Below are positions 28,532-38,543 of a stretch of DNA of 64,000 bases, piece after piece (the stretch's first letter is position 1; the number at the start of each line of letters is the position of its first letter). Both the position numbers and the translations under genes were made by a program. The notes beneath the pieces are model-generated. The model saw only the letters and a program-made list of their open reading frames with translations. It ran no database searches and had not been told where the DNA came from. The DNA comes from an uncultured Desulfarculus sp. (lineage in GTDB: Bacteria > Desulfobacterota > Desulfarculia > Desulfarculales > Desulfarculaceae). The DNA lies in contig CAXXUK010000002.1 of assembly GCA_963665125.2 (NCBI GenBank), forward strand, positions 544,001-608,000. Direction: 5' to 3'.

Positions 28532-29353
28532 CTAGCTGGATATTTTTTTCAGCAAAGCGGAAAACATCCCAAAGGGCAAGATGCTCTTCAGGGCCCAGAA
28601 CAGTTTGGCGTCTCTGCCCGCCAGGTAGCGGAGCTTGGTGTTGTTGTCCGTGGCTGCTTTATAAATTACTTTTGCCACAACGACCGGGTCGCTCAAGAGG
28701 TTGCGCCGCGCCTCGTATTTGGCCAACCTGCCGTCAAGCGTTCGCTCATAGGATGGAACATCGCTTTTTCTGACCAGAATCGCGTTGGCGGCAAAGTTTG
28801 TATCAATTGCTCCCGGCTCCACTATCTTTACTTTTATTCCCAACGAATTCAACTCAAACCTGACAGACTCGCTGTAACCTTCCAGGGACCACTTTGCCGA
28901 AGCGTAAAAGCTGCTCAGCGGCACGCCAACACGGCCGCCCAGAGACGAGATGTTGATGATGGTCCCCCTGCCCGCTTTGCGGAAATAGGGGAGTATCTCC
29001 CGGGTGACATTCATTACGCCAAAGACATTTACGTCGAACAACGCTTGAATCTGGGCGGCGGTGGCGGCCTCGAAAGGCCCCACGAGCGTATATCCCGCGC
29101 AATTGACCAACACATCGACCTTGTTGAAAACGCCATAAGCCTGATCAATGGCATTTTTTATGCTGGCGGCATCGGTTACGTCAAGTTGGATGCAACGCAT
29201 GTTCGTGTAACTTGGCAATACCTGTTCTTTTTCAGGATGCCTCATTGTGGCAGCAACATTCCAGCCCCTGTCATGGAAATAAATGGCTGTTTCCTTGCCT
29301 ATTCCGGAAGAGCATCCCGTGATCATGACCGTGTTTTTCATTTGTTTCCCCAT
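28532..29353 (-). CDS. Short-chain dehydrogenase/reductase
   Basis: ITGCSSGIG, LVNCAG, NISSLGG and YASAK catalytic motif. Confidence 0.93.
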   Translation of the reverse strand: MGKQMKNTVMITGCSSGIGKETAIYFHDRGWNVAATMRHPEKEQVLPSYTNMRCIQLDVTDAASIKNAIDQAYGVFNKVDVLVNCAGYTLVGPFEAATAAQIQALFDVNVFGVMNVTREILPYFRKAGRGTIINISSLGGRVGVPLSSFYASAKWSLEGYSESVRFELNSLGIKVKIVEPGAIDTNFAANAILVRKSDVPSYERTLDGRLAKYEARRNLLSDPVVVAKVIYKAATDNNTKLRYLAGRDAKLFWALKSILPFGMFSALLKKISS

Positions 29354-29354
29354 T

Positions 29355-29373
29355 AGTAGTTTTACTAACTAAC
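29355..29373. promoter_or_regulatory. Putative MarR operator upstream of SDR
   Basis: AGTAGTTTTACTAACTAAC is 16/19 identical to the reverse complement of the site at 29819-29837. Confidence 0.6.
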
Positions 29374-29390
29374 TATATTGATAAAATTTT

Positions 29391-29816
29391 TTAGATTTTT
29401 TTCAGTAAAGAAACAAGAGTTTCCAACTCACCGTCTTTCAATCGGGATACTATTTGTTCGGCAAATACTTTGTGCATGATGTTGTATTGATCAATTACGC
29501 CGGTGCCTTTTTGGGTAAGGCTCAGTTGGTAGCTCCTTCTGTCGTCTTGGGATTTGCTTTTGCTGACAAGGCCCATTTCGATCAGTTTGGCAACCATGAC
29601 CGTAACGGTGGGTTTGCTCAACTCCAACCTCTTGGCCAGTTCATTGAAAGTAGGCTCACCCAGTTTGTGAATGACCTCGATATATCTGAAGTTGGCCATT
29701 GACAGATTCTGGAAATCGCTTTGCTCTATTTGCTTGGCCTTCAGCTCATGCAGCTTTTCTGATACACCTTGCAGGGCTTCCATCAGTTGTTCGGCTTTGC
29801 TCATCTGCGTTTCCAT
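29391..29816 (-). CDS. MarR family transcriptional regulator
   Basis: ELAKRLELSKPTVTVMVAKL, DDRRSYQLSLTQKG. Confidence 0.92.
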   Translation of the reverse strand: METQMSKAEQLMEALQGVSEKLHELKAKQIEQSDFQNLSMANFRYIEVIHKLGEPTFNELAKRLELSKPTVTVMVAKLIEMGLVSKSKSQDDRRSYQLSLTQKGTGVIDQYNIMHKVFAEQIVSRLKDGELETLVSLLKKI

Positions 29817-29818
29817 AG

Positions 29819-29837
29819 GTTAGTTAGCAAAACTAAC
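29819..29837. promoter_or_regulatory. Putative MarR autoregulatory operator
   Basis: Perfect inverted repeat GTTAGTT-N5-AACTAAC, 2 nt upstream of the marR ATG. Confidence 0.65.
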
Positions 29838-29906
29838 TTATATTTTTCGCGGACGTCTGTCAATAGAAATTCCCTCCCATGAATTTCAGTGGTAACGGCT
29901 GCCGGA

Positions 29907-31199
29907 TTACCGGGCGGAATCTTTGTAAGTTTCTTTCAGGAAAAAAGCAAACCCCAGGGCCACCACCGCGGCGCCCAGGCAGAGTTGGAATATCTTGGCA
30001 TAGGCGTCGCTGCTGTAAATGGGGCATGAATCGCCGGTGCACTGCTCCAGGACAAGGCCCAAGATCGGCTGACTGACCGCGCCGCCCAGGAACGGAAAGA
30101 TGTTTACCAGACCCACCGCAGTACCGGCGATCTGGTTGGGGAACAGCTCCTTGGACGCCGCGAAACCCAGGGCCGAGGACGAGGCGCAGCTCACGGTGAT
30201 TACCAGGCAGCCCAGATAGAGCCCCCAGAGAGGCACGCCCGCCGGATCAAATGCGGGCATGACCAGCGCCGCGATCAATAGCGCCACCGTACCCACAATG
30301 ACCCATTTGCGCGAGTGCAGGCGGTCGGACAGCCAGGCCAACAGGGGGCTGCCAATGATCATGCCCAAGGCCACCAGGGATAAAACCCCGCCCGCTTCGG
30401 ATTTGGACATGCTGTGCACGTGCATCATGTAAGGTCCGGCCCACAGGCCCAGCAGGCCGAAAAAGATTACGCCGGTGAAAAAGAACCAGCCGGCTAGGGG
30501 GTAAAACTGGGCCTCGGACAGCACGAACTTCAGGCCGGCGAAGAGGCTGATTTTTTCTTCTTCGACACTTGTTTCAAACCTTTGTTCAGGCGGCGGATAG
30601 CCCTTGTCCGACGGGTCGTCCCGCACGAAGATCCAGATCATGACGGCCACGGCAAGGCTCACCCCGCCGATGATCCAGAAGCTGACCCGCCAGCCCACCA
30701 GGCCGGTGAGCCAGGCCAGAGGCTGGGATGAGGCATAGGCCCCCAGCCCGCCCATGGACAGCAGCACGCCGGTCATCATGGCGAATTGGGAATAGGGAAA
30801 CCAGCGGGTGAGGATCTTGGTGGTGGGCACGAAGACCAGGGCCACGCCCAGGCCCACCAGGACCCTGGCCGCCACGGCCGATGCGGCCGACCAGGCCGCG
30901 CCGAACAGCAGCGAGGCCACTCCGGCCAGTAAGAAGAACAAGGATACGCTCTTGCGGGGGCCCCATGAATCCGACAGCAGCCCGGCGGGGATCTGCATCA
31001 GGGCGTATGGATAAAAATAGGCCGAGGCCAAAACGCCCATCAGGGTGGGGCTGGCCTCCAAGTCATTCATCAGGTCCAGGGCCACCACGGCGGGGCACAT
31101 GCGATGGAAGAACACCAGCATGTAGCCGAGGGCCAGGATGCCAAAGACAACCCAGCGGTAGCCTACGGGCCCGTATTGGGAAGGCGAGGTGGAATGCAA
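29907..31199 (-). CDS. MFS transporter
   Basis: About 12 TM segments; AGLLSDSWGPRK and WLSDRLHSRK MFS motif A; TTG start after GGAGG. Confidence 0.9.
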   Translation of the reverse strand: MHSTSPSQYGPVGYRWVVFGILALGYMLVFFHRMCPAVVALDLMNDLEASPTLMGVLASAYFYPYALMQIPAGLLSDSWGPRKSVSLFFLLAGVASLLFGAAWSAASAVAARVLVGLGVALVFVPTTKILTRWFPYSQFAMMTGVLLSMGGLGAYASSQPLAWLTGLVGWRVSFWIIGGVSLAVAVMIWIFVRDDPSDKGYPPPEQRFETSVEEEKISLFAGLKFVLSEAQFYPLAGWFFFTGVIFFGLLGLWAGPYMMHVHSMSKSEAGGVLSLVALGMIIGSPLLAWLSDRLHSRKWVIVGTVALLIAALVMPAFDPAGVPLWGLYLGCLVITVSCASSSALGFAASKELFPNQIAGTAVGLVNIFPFLGGAVSQPILGLVLEQCTGDSCPIYSSDAYAKIFQLCLGAAVVALGFAFFLKETYKDSAR

Positions 31200-31289
31200 G
31201 ACGAACCTCCGCTTGTTTGGCCGTGGGCTAGCCGTGGGACAGATGCAAAAGCTTATCGCGGACCAATGCAAAAGCAAACAATGTTTTGC

Positions 31290-33059
31290 CTAGTCGGAAA
31301 CGCGGACCTGATTCTTGCCGTTTTGTTTGGCCGCGTACAGGGCTTCGTCGGCCCGGGCAAAAAGGTCCTGCATGCTTTCGTGGGGCCTCGCCTGGGCCAC
31401 GCCGATGGATACGGTGATATTCACCTTTTGTCCGGCCAGGGTCTCGAAGGAGCTTTGCTCCAGTTTGCCGCGGATGCGCTGGGCCACCTGGGTGGCCTGG
31501 TCTGCGTCGGCGTCCGGCAACAGCAGCAGAAATTCCTCGCCGCCGAAACGGCAGGGCGTGTCATCGGCCCTGGCGCAACCTTGCATGATCTCCGCCAGCA
31601 GCCTCAGGGCCTTGTCGCCTTCACTGTGGCCATAGGTGTCGTTGACCTTTTTAAATTCGTCCAGGTCCAAGACCAAGAGCGAAAGCGGCTGGTTGGCGTT
31701 GTCGGCATGGGTGAGGCCGTTGCTGAACCGCTGGTCAAAAAGGCGCCTATTTGGCAGGCCGGTAAGCTGGTCGGTCATGCTGGCCTGTTGATAGTTGCGG
31801 CGGCTGCGGTCCAAGGCCCTGTTTTCGCTTTCCAACGATCTGATGCGGTCGGCCAAAGCCAGGGAAAGAAGCATGGCTTCCAAGGCAGGCGCCAGACAAA
31901 AAACAACGTCGCCGGGAAATTCAGGTGGTAAAAGGCCCATCAGCCATAGGATGTAGGGGACCACCCCCATAAGAAATACGAGGTAAGCCAGGGTTAAGTA
32001 TTTGGCCGGGGAATAGCCTCGGCCCCAGGCAAATAGACCGGCGACGACCGCCAGAATGGGGCCGAACAAACCGCCGATTTCGCTGAGACGGGCGGCCACT
32101 TCATATTGGCCGAAAGTGCCGGCAAACGACAGTAGAGCACCCAATGCCTGGGTTGCGTAAAGCAGCTTGTGAATGAGCGGATTGTTGCCTTTGGTATTGA
32201 GAAAGACGCGAATAAACCAGGCACTAAAGAAAATCACGCTGCCCAATGAAATCCAAGTGAAGCGCGGCAATAGTATTTGAATACCCAGCGCGGCGGCATG
32301 CCCGTTTTCCAGGACCAGATTGATGACAAAGGACAAAATGTAGCAGACATAAAGCAGGTAGACGTTTTCGCGCAGTGAAATGAAGAGAAAGAAATTATAT
32401 ATCCCCAATGCCAGCAAGGTTCCGTAGATCACGCCGAAAAACATGGAAGCTAAAGTGGTGGATTCGGCCAGGGCCACGGGAGACAACAAGCTCAGGCGGA
32501 AAATCTGGGGCGCTTGGTCATGAACGCGAATGTAATAGGTGGTGGTTTGGCCCGGCGCGGGCCAAAGGCTAAAAACGAATGTGCGCAAACCGTACGGCAT
32601 TTTGTCGGCTTGGCCGTTGATACCGCTGGCGATGGTTTCATAGCCGCCGGGGGTTCCGGCCTCTGGGATATAGATGTCCAGGTGTAACAATGAGGTGGCT
32701 TGGACATTTAAAAGCCAGCGCATGATGGTGGTGTGGTCGCTGAGACAGCCCCGGAGAGAAAAACGGATCCAAATACAGCTGTTGGGCGTTAATGATATCC
32801 TGGGTGAATTATTGGCTCTGAACCTGGCCGCCATGTCCGGCGCGGATACCTGGGCGATGGTCAGTTCGCTCGACGGGTCTTCAAGTATCCGGGCCGCCGA
32901 GGCTATGTCGTATTGACGGCCCTCGGGTTCCAGCAACAGGGCCGCGGCATTGGCCGAGCCTGGCTGGACAGCGGCAAAAAACAGCACCAGCGCCAGAATT
33001 GTCGCAAAACCCAGGCCTGTCGGCCGGAGGTTGGCATTTTCACGGATGGATGTGGTCAA
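31290..33059 (-). CDS. Diguanylate cyclase with 7TM-DISM sensor
   Basis: Periplasmic DISMED2-like region, about 7 TM segments, DQLTGLPNRR, DLDEFKKVNDTYGH, RxxD I-site (RADD) and GGEEF. Confidence 0.92.
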   Translation of the reverse strand: MTTSIRENANLRPTGLGFATILALVLFFAAVQPGSANAAALLLEPEGRQYDIASAARILEDPSSELTIAQVSAPDMAARFRANNSPRISLTPNSCIWIRFSLRGCLSDHTTIMRWLLNVQATSLLHLDIYIPEAGTPGGYETIASGINGQADKMPYGLRTFVFSLWPAPGQTTTYYIRVHDQAPQIFRLSLLSPVALAESTTLASMFFGVIYGTLLALGIYNFFLFISLRENVYLLYVCYILSFVINLVLENGHAAALGIQILLPRFTWISLGSVIFFSAWFIRVFLNTKGNNPLIHKLLYATQALGALLSFAGTFGQYEVAARLSEIGGLFGPILAVVAGLFAWGRGYSPAKYLTLAYLVFLMGVVPYILWLMGLLPPEFPGDVVFCLAPALEAMLLSLALADRIRSLESENRALDRSRRNYQQASMTDQLTGLPNRRLFDQRFSNGLTHADNANQPLSLLVLDLDEFKKVNDTYGHSEGDKALRLLAEIMQGCARADDTPCRFGGEEFLLLLPDADADQATQVAQRIRGKLEQSSFETLAGQKVNITVSIGVAQARPHESMQDLFARADEALYAAKQNGKNQVRVSD

Positions 33060-33158
33060 TGCTAGGTACTCACGGGTTACAAGAGAACTTATACGACCGA
33101 CTCAATCTGCCAGATTCGCCGCTACGGCGCAATAGCATATGAACCTTGGTCGGATGGA

Positions 33159-34298
33159 TTAATCCAAGGTCTGGCGGTAGCGCTTTACGGCCACGAAAAC
33201 CGCCACCACCATGAACAGCGCGATGGGCCAGATGTGGGGCAGGGCCTCGGCAAAGCCATTTCCCTTGAGCAGGATGCCCCGGATCAGGCGCAGGTAGTGG
33301 GTCAGGGGCAGGGCTTGGCCGATATACTGGGCCCATACCGGCATGCCCCGGAAGGGAAACATGAAGCCCGACAGCAGGATCGACGGGAGAAAGAAGAAAA
33401 AGGCCATCTGCACGGCCTGGAGCTGATTCTGGGCGATGGTCGAAAAAGTGAGCCCCACGGCCAGGTTGGCGGCGATGAAAATGATCGAGGAAATATACAA
33501 CAGCCATAGGTTGCCCAGAAACGGCACCTGGAACAGCAGCTTGGCCGCCAGCATGATCAGCGAGATCTGCACGTAACCTACAAGAATGTATGGCACCAGT
33601 TTGCCCAGGATCACCTCCAGGGGCCGCACCGGCGTGGTCAGCAGATTTTCCATGGTGCCCCGTTCGCGCTCCCTGGTCATGGCCAGGCCGGTGATGATCA
33701 CCAGGGTCATCGACAGCACCACGCCCATCAGGCCGGGCACGATGTTGTACTGGGTCTCGCCCTCGGGGTTGTAGGCCTTGTGGATCACCACCTGGATGGG
33801 GCTTTGGCTCTGGAGCAGGTTGGTCAGTGGTCCGGTCAGGTCCCGTTTTAATGCGTCCGAGGAAAGCTGGGTCAGGGAACTCAGGGCGTTGCCCACGGCC
33901 GCCGGGTCTGTGGCGTCGGCCTCGATGAGCACCGTGGGCCGCTGACCCCTGGCCAGGCGCCGGGAGAAATCCACCGGTATGTTGACTACGAACTGCACGT
34001 CGCCCAGGGCCAGGGCCCGTTGTCCTTGTTCTTCCTTGTCGTATTCGGCCACGAAATCAAAGTATGTGCTGTTTTTCATGGCCTCCAGCAGAGTCCGGGA
34101 AAAATGGCCCTTGTCGGCGTTGATTACCGCCGTGGGCAGATGACGGGGGTCGGAGTTGATGGCGTAGCCGAAGAGGATGAGCTGCATCAGGGGGATCATG
34201 ATCATCATGGCGAAGGTGATGCGGTCCCTGCGCATCTGCACGAATTCCTTGCGGATCATGGCCCAAAGGCGGCGGAAGGAAAAAGAGTATTTCTTCAC
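33159..34298 (-). CDS. ABC-2 type exporter permease (YbhS/YbhR-like)
   Basis: KEFVQMRRDR, RERERGTMENLL and LSGFMFP; GTG start overlaps the ATPase stop. Confidence 0.9.
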   Translation of the reverse strand: MKKYSFSFRRLWAMIRKEFVQMRRDRITFAMMIMIPLMQLILFGYAINSDPRHLPTAVINADKGHFSRTLLEAMKNSTYFDFVAEYDKEEQGQRALALGDVQFVVNIPVDFSRRLARGQRPTVLIEADATDPAAVGNALSSLTQLSSDALKRDLTGPLTNLLQSQSPIQVVIHKAYNPEGETQYNIVPGLMGVVLSMTLVIITGLAMTRERERGTMENLLTTPVRPLEVILGKLVPYILVGYVQISLIMLAAKLLFQVPFLGNLWLLYISSIIFIAANLAVGLTFSTIAQNQLQAVQMAFFFFLPSILLSGFMFPFRGMPVWAQYIGQALPLTHYLRLIRGILLKGNGFAEALPHIWPIALFMVVAVFVAVKRYRQTLD

Positions 34299-35218
34299 GG
34301 CTTGGCCCCCGAGCGCTGCATCAGGTCGATGAATACCTCCTCCAGGCTGGTCTCCACCTCCCGCCATTGCAGATCGCCGCTCATGAAAGGCCCGATGCTT
34401 TTTCTCAGGGCCGCCGCGTCCCGGCCGCTGACGTGCAGGGTGTTGCCAAAGGGCGCCACCTGGTCCACGCCGGGCAGTCCTTCCAACTGGCGGCCCAACT
34501 CGTACAGGTCGTCGCCGCTGACCGACCAGGTGGTCAAACTCTCGTCGGCGATGACCTCGTCCACCGTGCCTTTGGCCAGCAGATCGCCGTAGGCTATATA
34601 GCCCAGGCGGTTGCAGCGTTCGGCCTCGTCCATGTAATGGGTGGTGATCAGGGCGGTTATGCCCTCGCCGGTAAGGCGGTGGACATGGTCCCAGAACTCC
34701 CGGCGGGCCTTGGGGTCCACGCCGGCGGTGGGTTCGTCCAACAGCAACAGCTTTGGGCTGTGGATCAGACAGCAACCCAGGGCCAGGCGCTGTTTCCAGC
34801 CGCCGGACAGGGTGCCGGCCAACTGGTCGCGGTAGGGCTCCAGCTCCAGGCGCTCCAGCACGCCGTTACGGGCCTGGGCCACGTTGTTCATGCCGTAGAG
34901 CGAGGCCACGAAGTCCAGGTTTTCCGAAACAGTCAGGTCGGTGTAAAGGCTGAAATGCTGGGCCATGTAGCCCACTTGGGGCTTTATCAAATGGCTCTCG
35001 GTGATGATGTCGTGGCCCAGGCAGGTGCCGCTGCCTTCATCGGGCACCAGCAGGCCGCAAAGCATGCGTAAGAAGGTTGTTTTGCCGCTGCCGTTGGGTC
35101 CCAAAAAGCCGTAGATCTCGCCCTGGCGCACTTGCAGGTCCAGGCCATTGACCACGGTTTTTGGGCCGAAGCGCTTGGTCACCCCGTTGACGTTGATGAT
35201 TAGCTGGCTATTGGGCAC
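34295..35218 (-). CDS. ABC exporter ATP-binding protein
   Basis: GPNGSGKTT, LSGGWKQR, LLLDEPTAG and TTHYMDEAE. Confidence 0.92.
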   Translation of the reverse strand: MPNSQLIINVNGVTKRFGPKTVVNGLDLQVRQGEIYGFLGPNGSGKTTFLRMLCGLLVPDEGSGTCLGHDIITESHLIKPQVGYMAQHFSLYTDLTVSENLDFVASLYGMNNVAQARNGVLERLELEPYRDQLAGTLSGGWKQRLALGCCLIHSPKLLLLDEPTAGVDPKARREFWDHVHRLTGEGITALITTHYMDEAERCNRLGYIAYGDLLAKGTVDEVIADESLTTWSVSGDDLYELGRQLEGLPGVDQVAPFGNTLHVSGRDAAALRKSIGPFMSGDLQWREVETSLEEVFIDLMQRSGAKP

Positions 35219-36188
35219 CGGCGGCGTCTCCGCCTTCGATGCGCACGTCAATGGGCTGGCCTGGATGAAGCGTCTTGGCCAGTTCCATCTCCGGCGTGGC
35301 CTCCACCATGAACATCAGCTTGTGCCTGTTGTTTACGCTGTAGATCACCGGCGGAGTGTACTCCACCTGGGGCGAGATATAGCTGATGGCCGCGGTCTGG
35401 CCTTTCGGGCAGCCATCGCAGCCAAAAGCGACCTTTTGCCCCAACTTGAGGGCCCCGGCCATGGTCTCGGGCACGAAAAAACGCAGCTTGACATCGCCCG
35501 GCGCCAACAGCTGCACCACCGGCGAACCGGCCGGAGCGTATTCGCCTATGGTGTAGAGCGTGTCAAAGACCAGCGATTCGGCGGCGGCATACTGGGTCTT
35601 TTGAGAGGCCCTCCATTGGGCCTGCTTGAGCTTTTCCCGGGCAGCCCCCAGAGCGTCGGTGGCGGCCTGAATTTCGTCTTCCCTGGCCCCCAGCCGGGCC
35701 GTGGCCAGTTGGGCCTCTATGTTTTTCACGGCGGCCTTGTCGGCCAGATACGCTGTGTGGTACTGGTCGTATTCGCTTTCCGGAATGGCTTTTTCCCTGT
35801 AGAGCTTCTTGCGCCTTAGATATTGCGTTTCGCTGAGCTTCAGTTTGCTCATGGCCTGGGATAGCTGGGCCTCGATGGCCTGGATCTCCGTGGGCCGGGA
35901 GCCCTTTTTCATATTGGCCAGGGTGGCCTCGGCCTGGGCCGCGCCGGCGGCGGCCTCTCGCACCGCGTCGGCCTCGGGCTGGGGCTCCAGGCTGAACAAC
36001 TCGGCACCCTGCTGCACCCTTTGGCCCCGCCGCACATGCAAAGACTCTACCCTGCCGCCCACCGGAGCGGCAACGAAGGTGAACTGGCCCTCGATATAGC
36101 CTTGCATTGTTCCATCGTCGTCAGGTTGGCAAGCGGAAGTGAGAATCAGGGCCGCGGCCAAAAGCGCGGCCGCCAGATATTTGGGCAT
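35208..36188 (-). CDS. HlyD family efflux periplasmic adaptor (lipoprotein)
   Basis: LTSAC lipobox, biotinyl-lipoyl half motifs, coiled coil and YISPQVEYTPP. Confidence 0.9.
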   Translation of the reverse strand: MPKYLAAALLAAALILTSACQPDDDGTMQGYIEGQFTFVAAPVGGRVESLHVRRGQRVQQGAELFSLEPQPEADAVREAAAGAAQAEATLANMKKGSRPTEIQAIEAQLSQAMSKLKLSETQYLRRKKLYREKAIPESEYDQYHTAYLADKAAVKNIEAQLATARLGAREDEIQAATDALGAAREKLKQAQWRASQKTQYAAAESLVFDTLYTIGEYAPAGSPVVQLLAPGDVKLRFFVPETMAGALKLGQKVAFGCDGCPKGQTAAISYISPQVEYTPPVIYSVNNRHKLMFMVEATPEMELAKTLHPGQPIDVRIEGGDAAGAQ

Positions 36189-36363
36189 TTCGCTCTCCAG
36201 GGTGCTGTCTCATCACCAATATTCAGCTTAGCCCAACTTTGCCACGGCAGTCCACAAGCGCCTCAATTCGTCGCCTTTTTTTGATTTTTGGCCAATTTGT
36301 GCTACTGTTGCCGGACATTGCCGCCTCTCGGGGCGTTCCATACCAATCCGAAAGGAAGATTCC

Positions 36364-36783
36364 ATGAGTGAAGTAAAAGCCGGCGACAAGGTGCAGGTTC
36401 ATTACACCGGTAAGTTCGAGGACGGCGAAGTCTTTGACAGCTCCGACGGCCGCGAACCGCTGGCCTTCAGCGCCGGAGGACCGGAACTGATCCCCGGCGT
36501 GAGCAATGCTGTGGTGGGCATGAAGTTGGGCGACAAAAAGAGCGTGACCATCCAGCCCGAACAAGGTTACGGTCCGCGCAACGAAGATATGGTCCAGCAG
36601 GTGCCCATCGACCGCATGCCAGAGGGCGTCCAGGTGGGCATGCAGCTTCAGGCCCAGGTGGAGGACCAGGTGATTCCCCTGGTGGTGACGGCTATGACCG
36701 AAGAATATGCCGAGGTCGACGCCAACCACCCCCTGGCCGGCAAAGTGCTGGTGTTTGATCTCGAGCTGGTTTCCATTGACTAG
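36364..36783 (+). CDS. FKBP-type peptidyl-prolyl isomerase (SlyD/FkpB-like)
   Basis: VHYTGKFEDGEVFDSS, PEQGYG and DANHPLAGKVLVFD. Confidence 0.93.
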   Translation: MSEVKAGDKVQVHYTGKFEDGEVFDSSDGREPLAFSAGGPELIPGVSNAVVGMKLGDKKSVTIQPEQGYGPRNEDMVQQVPIDRMPEGVQVGMQLQAQVEDQVIPLVVTAMTEEYAEVDANHPLAGKVLVFDLELVSID

Positions 36784-37035
36784 TCTTGAAAACAGCAGAG
36801 GCTCCACCGAGCCTTTTCCCGGTGGGGCCCCTGCCGTACAATCCGGTTGGGGTTTTTAGCCTCCGATGATGCCCGCCGGGGCATCATCCGCTCCATTGCT
36901 CCCAAAAAACAATTGGTCATGAACTGGCTTCATTTTTTATTCTATGCCCCCGACGGAAGACATAGCAATAAAAATGCTAGGGTTTGGCGATATATCGTCA
37001 AATGGCTGTAATTAAAATAGATTTGGCGAGAGTGT

Positions 37036-37629
37036 ATGGCTGCTATTTTGGGAATAGGCGGCAGCCCGCGCAAAAACGGCAACTCGGCCGTTTTGCTGGA
37101 GGCCTTTCTGGACGGCGCGGCCCAGGCGGGCGCGGAAACCAGGATTTTTTACCTCAACGAGATAACCGTGCACCCCTGCCTTGGCTGCGAAAAATGCCGC
37201 CGCCATAAAAAATGCACCCGCCTGTTGGACGGCATGCAGGACATCTATCCGGAAATCGAAAAAGCCCAAGGTCTGGTCCTGGCCACGCCCGTGCACAACT
37301 ACAACGTCACCGCCCTGCTCAAGGCCTTTATCGACCGCCTGTATTGTTACTATGACTTCACCGACGAGCGCCCCAGAGGCTGGTCCAGCCGCCTTGCCGG
37401 TCAGGGCCGCCGGGCCGCCATCATCGGCGTATGCGAACAGACCGCCGCCGAGGGCATGGGCCTGACCATGGAAGCCATGCGCCTGCCGCTGACGGCCCTG
37501 GGTTATGACGTGGCTTATTCGCTGGAAGCCCATGAAGTCTTTGATCGGGGAGCCGTTAAAAACCAACCCGACGTCCTGGCCCGGGCAGTCCGCCTGGGCC
37601 GCGAGATGGCGCGGAGTTTGGGCGCCTAA
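37036..37629 (+). CDS. Iron-sulfur flavoprotein / flavodoxin (FMN_red) family protein
   Basis: GSPRKNGNS, CxxCxxCx5C, ATPVH and KAFIDR. Confidence 0.9.
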   Translation: MAAILGIGGSPRKNGNSAVLLEAFLDGAAQAGAETRIFYLNEITVHPCLGCEKCRRHKKCTRLLDGMQDIYPEIEKAQGLVLATPVHNYNVTALLKAFIDRLYCYYDFTDERPRGWSSRLAGQGRRAAIIGVCEQTAAEGMGLTMEAMRLPLTALGYDVAYSLEAHEVFDRGAVKNQPDVLARAVRLGREMARSLGA

Positions 37630-37876
37630 AGCACACGGCCCAGCGCTCGGCAACATCACCATGTTTTTTCAGGATGGGCTGGACGGAATGGGCCAGGGTG
37701 CTGGTATCAAACGGATTCCAGCTCTTCTTCGTTGAGCTTGCGGCCGCAATCCGGGCAATTGACGCACTCTTTATGCTCGTCATCAAAAAAGCGGCAGTGC
37801 CACCCAGACGCGCCGTGCAGATATTCGATCCATATCTGCTTGCCGCAGCGGCAATAGGCCGCCTGGGAGTAGACCG

Positions 37877-38383
37877 TCACTTTTCTTCAATGGCCGCCGC
37901 GGGCCGGTAAACCGAACGGTGGGCGTTGAGCGAAGGCCGGTTGGCCGAAAGGTTGCGCTTGTGCCAGTCTTCGCTGAGGGTGAACGCCTCCTCGCCGTCG
38001 CGCGGACTTGAGGGGGTCAGAAATTCCTCGGCGATCCATTGCCGCACCAGGGCCTCGCCCTGCTCCTGGTCCAGACCCAGCACCCTGCTGATTTCCGGGA
38101 TGGTTATGCGGTCGTTTTCATTGAACATGGGCAGTACCCGCTTTTGCTGCTTGAGCAGCTTGCGCCGGGCCTCGTTGTCCAGACGGTCCTTGCGCCGGGT
38201 TTTGGTCTCCTGGGCCACCGGGCCGCCCTCTTTGAGGTAGGTATGCAGGTTGTTCAGAAAACCCTGCACCATCCAATCGCCCAGCAGGCCCGACTCGATC
38301 AGGCTGCTGGCCTGCATGGTCTGGGAAAATTCCCGCCACTGCTCATGGACCTTGTCACTTATTTGGATTTCAATGCGCGGCAT
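37877..38383 (-). CDS. Hypothetical protein (possible wHTH C-terminal domain)
   Basis: GGAGG-ATG 38383; ITIPEISRVLGL...LVRQWIAEEFL resembles a winged HTH. Confidence 0.6.
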   Translation of the reverse strand: MPRIEIQISDKVHEQWREFSQTMQASSLIESGLLGDWMVQGFLNNLHTYLKEGGPVAQETKTRRKDRLDNEARRKLLKQQKRVLPMFNENDRITIPEISRVLGLDQEQGEALVRQWIAEEFLTPSSPRDGEEAFTLSEDWHKRNLSANRPSLNAHRSVYRPAAAIEEK

Positions 38384-38543
38384 ATCGGCCACCTCCCGGC
38401 TTGATTTTTACCATCAAGCGCTCCGGCGGTCCACTGGGCCATGGGCTTCCGCCCCACCGGGAAACAAGTTTGTTGTTTGTTTTTAGCCGGCAACGCGGGT
38501 AAAGATTGATAAGCATCAATTTGTCGGCGCGAAAGGGTTGCTC

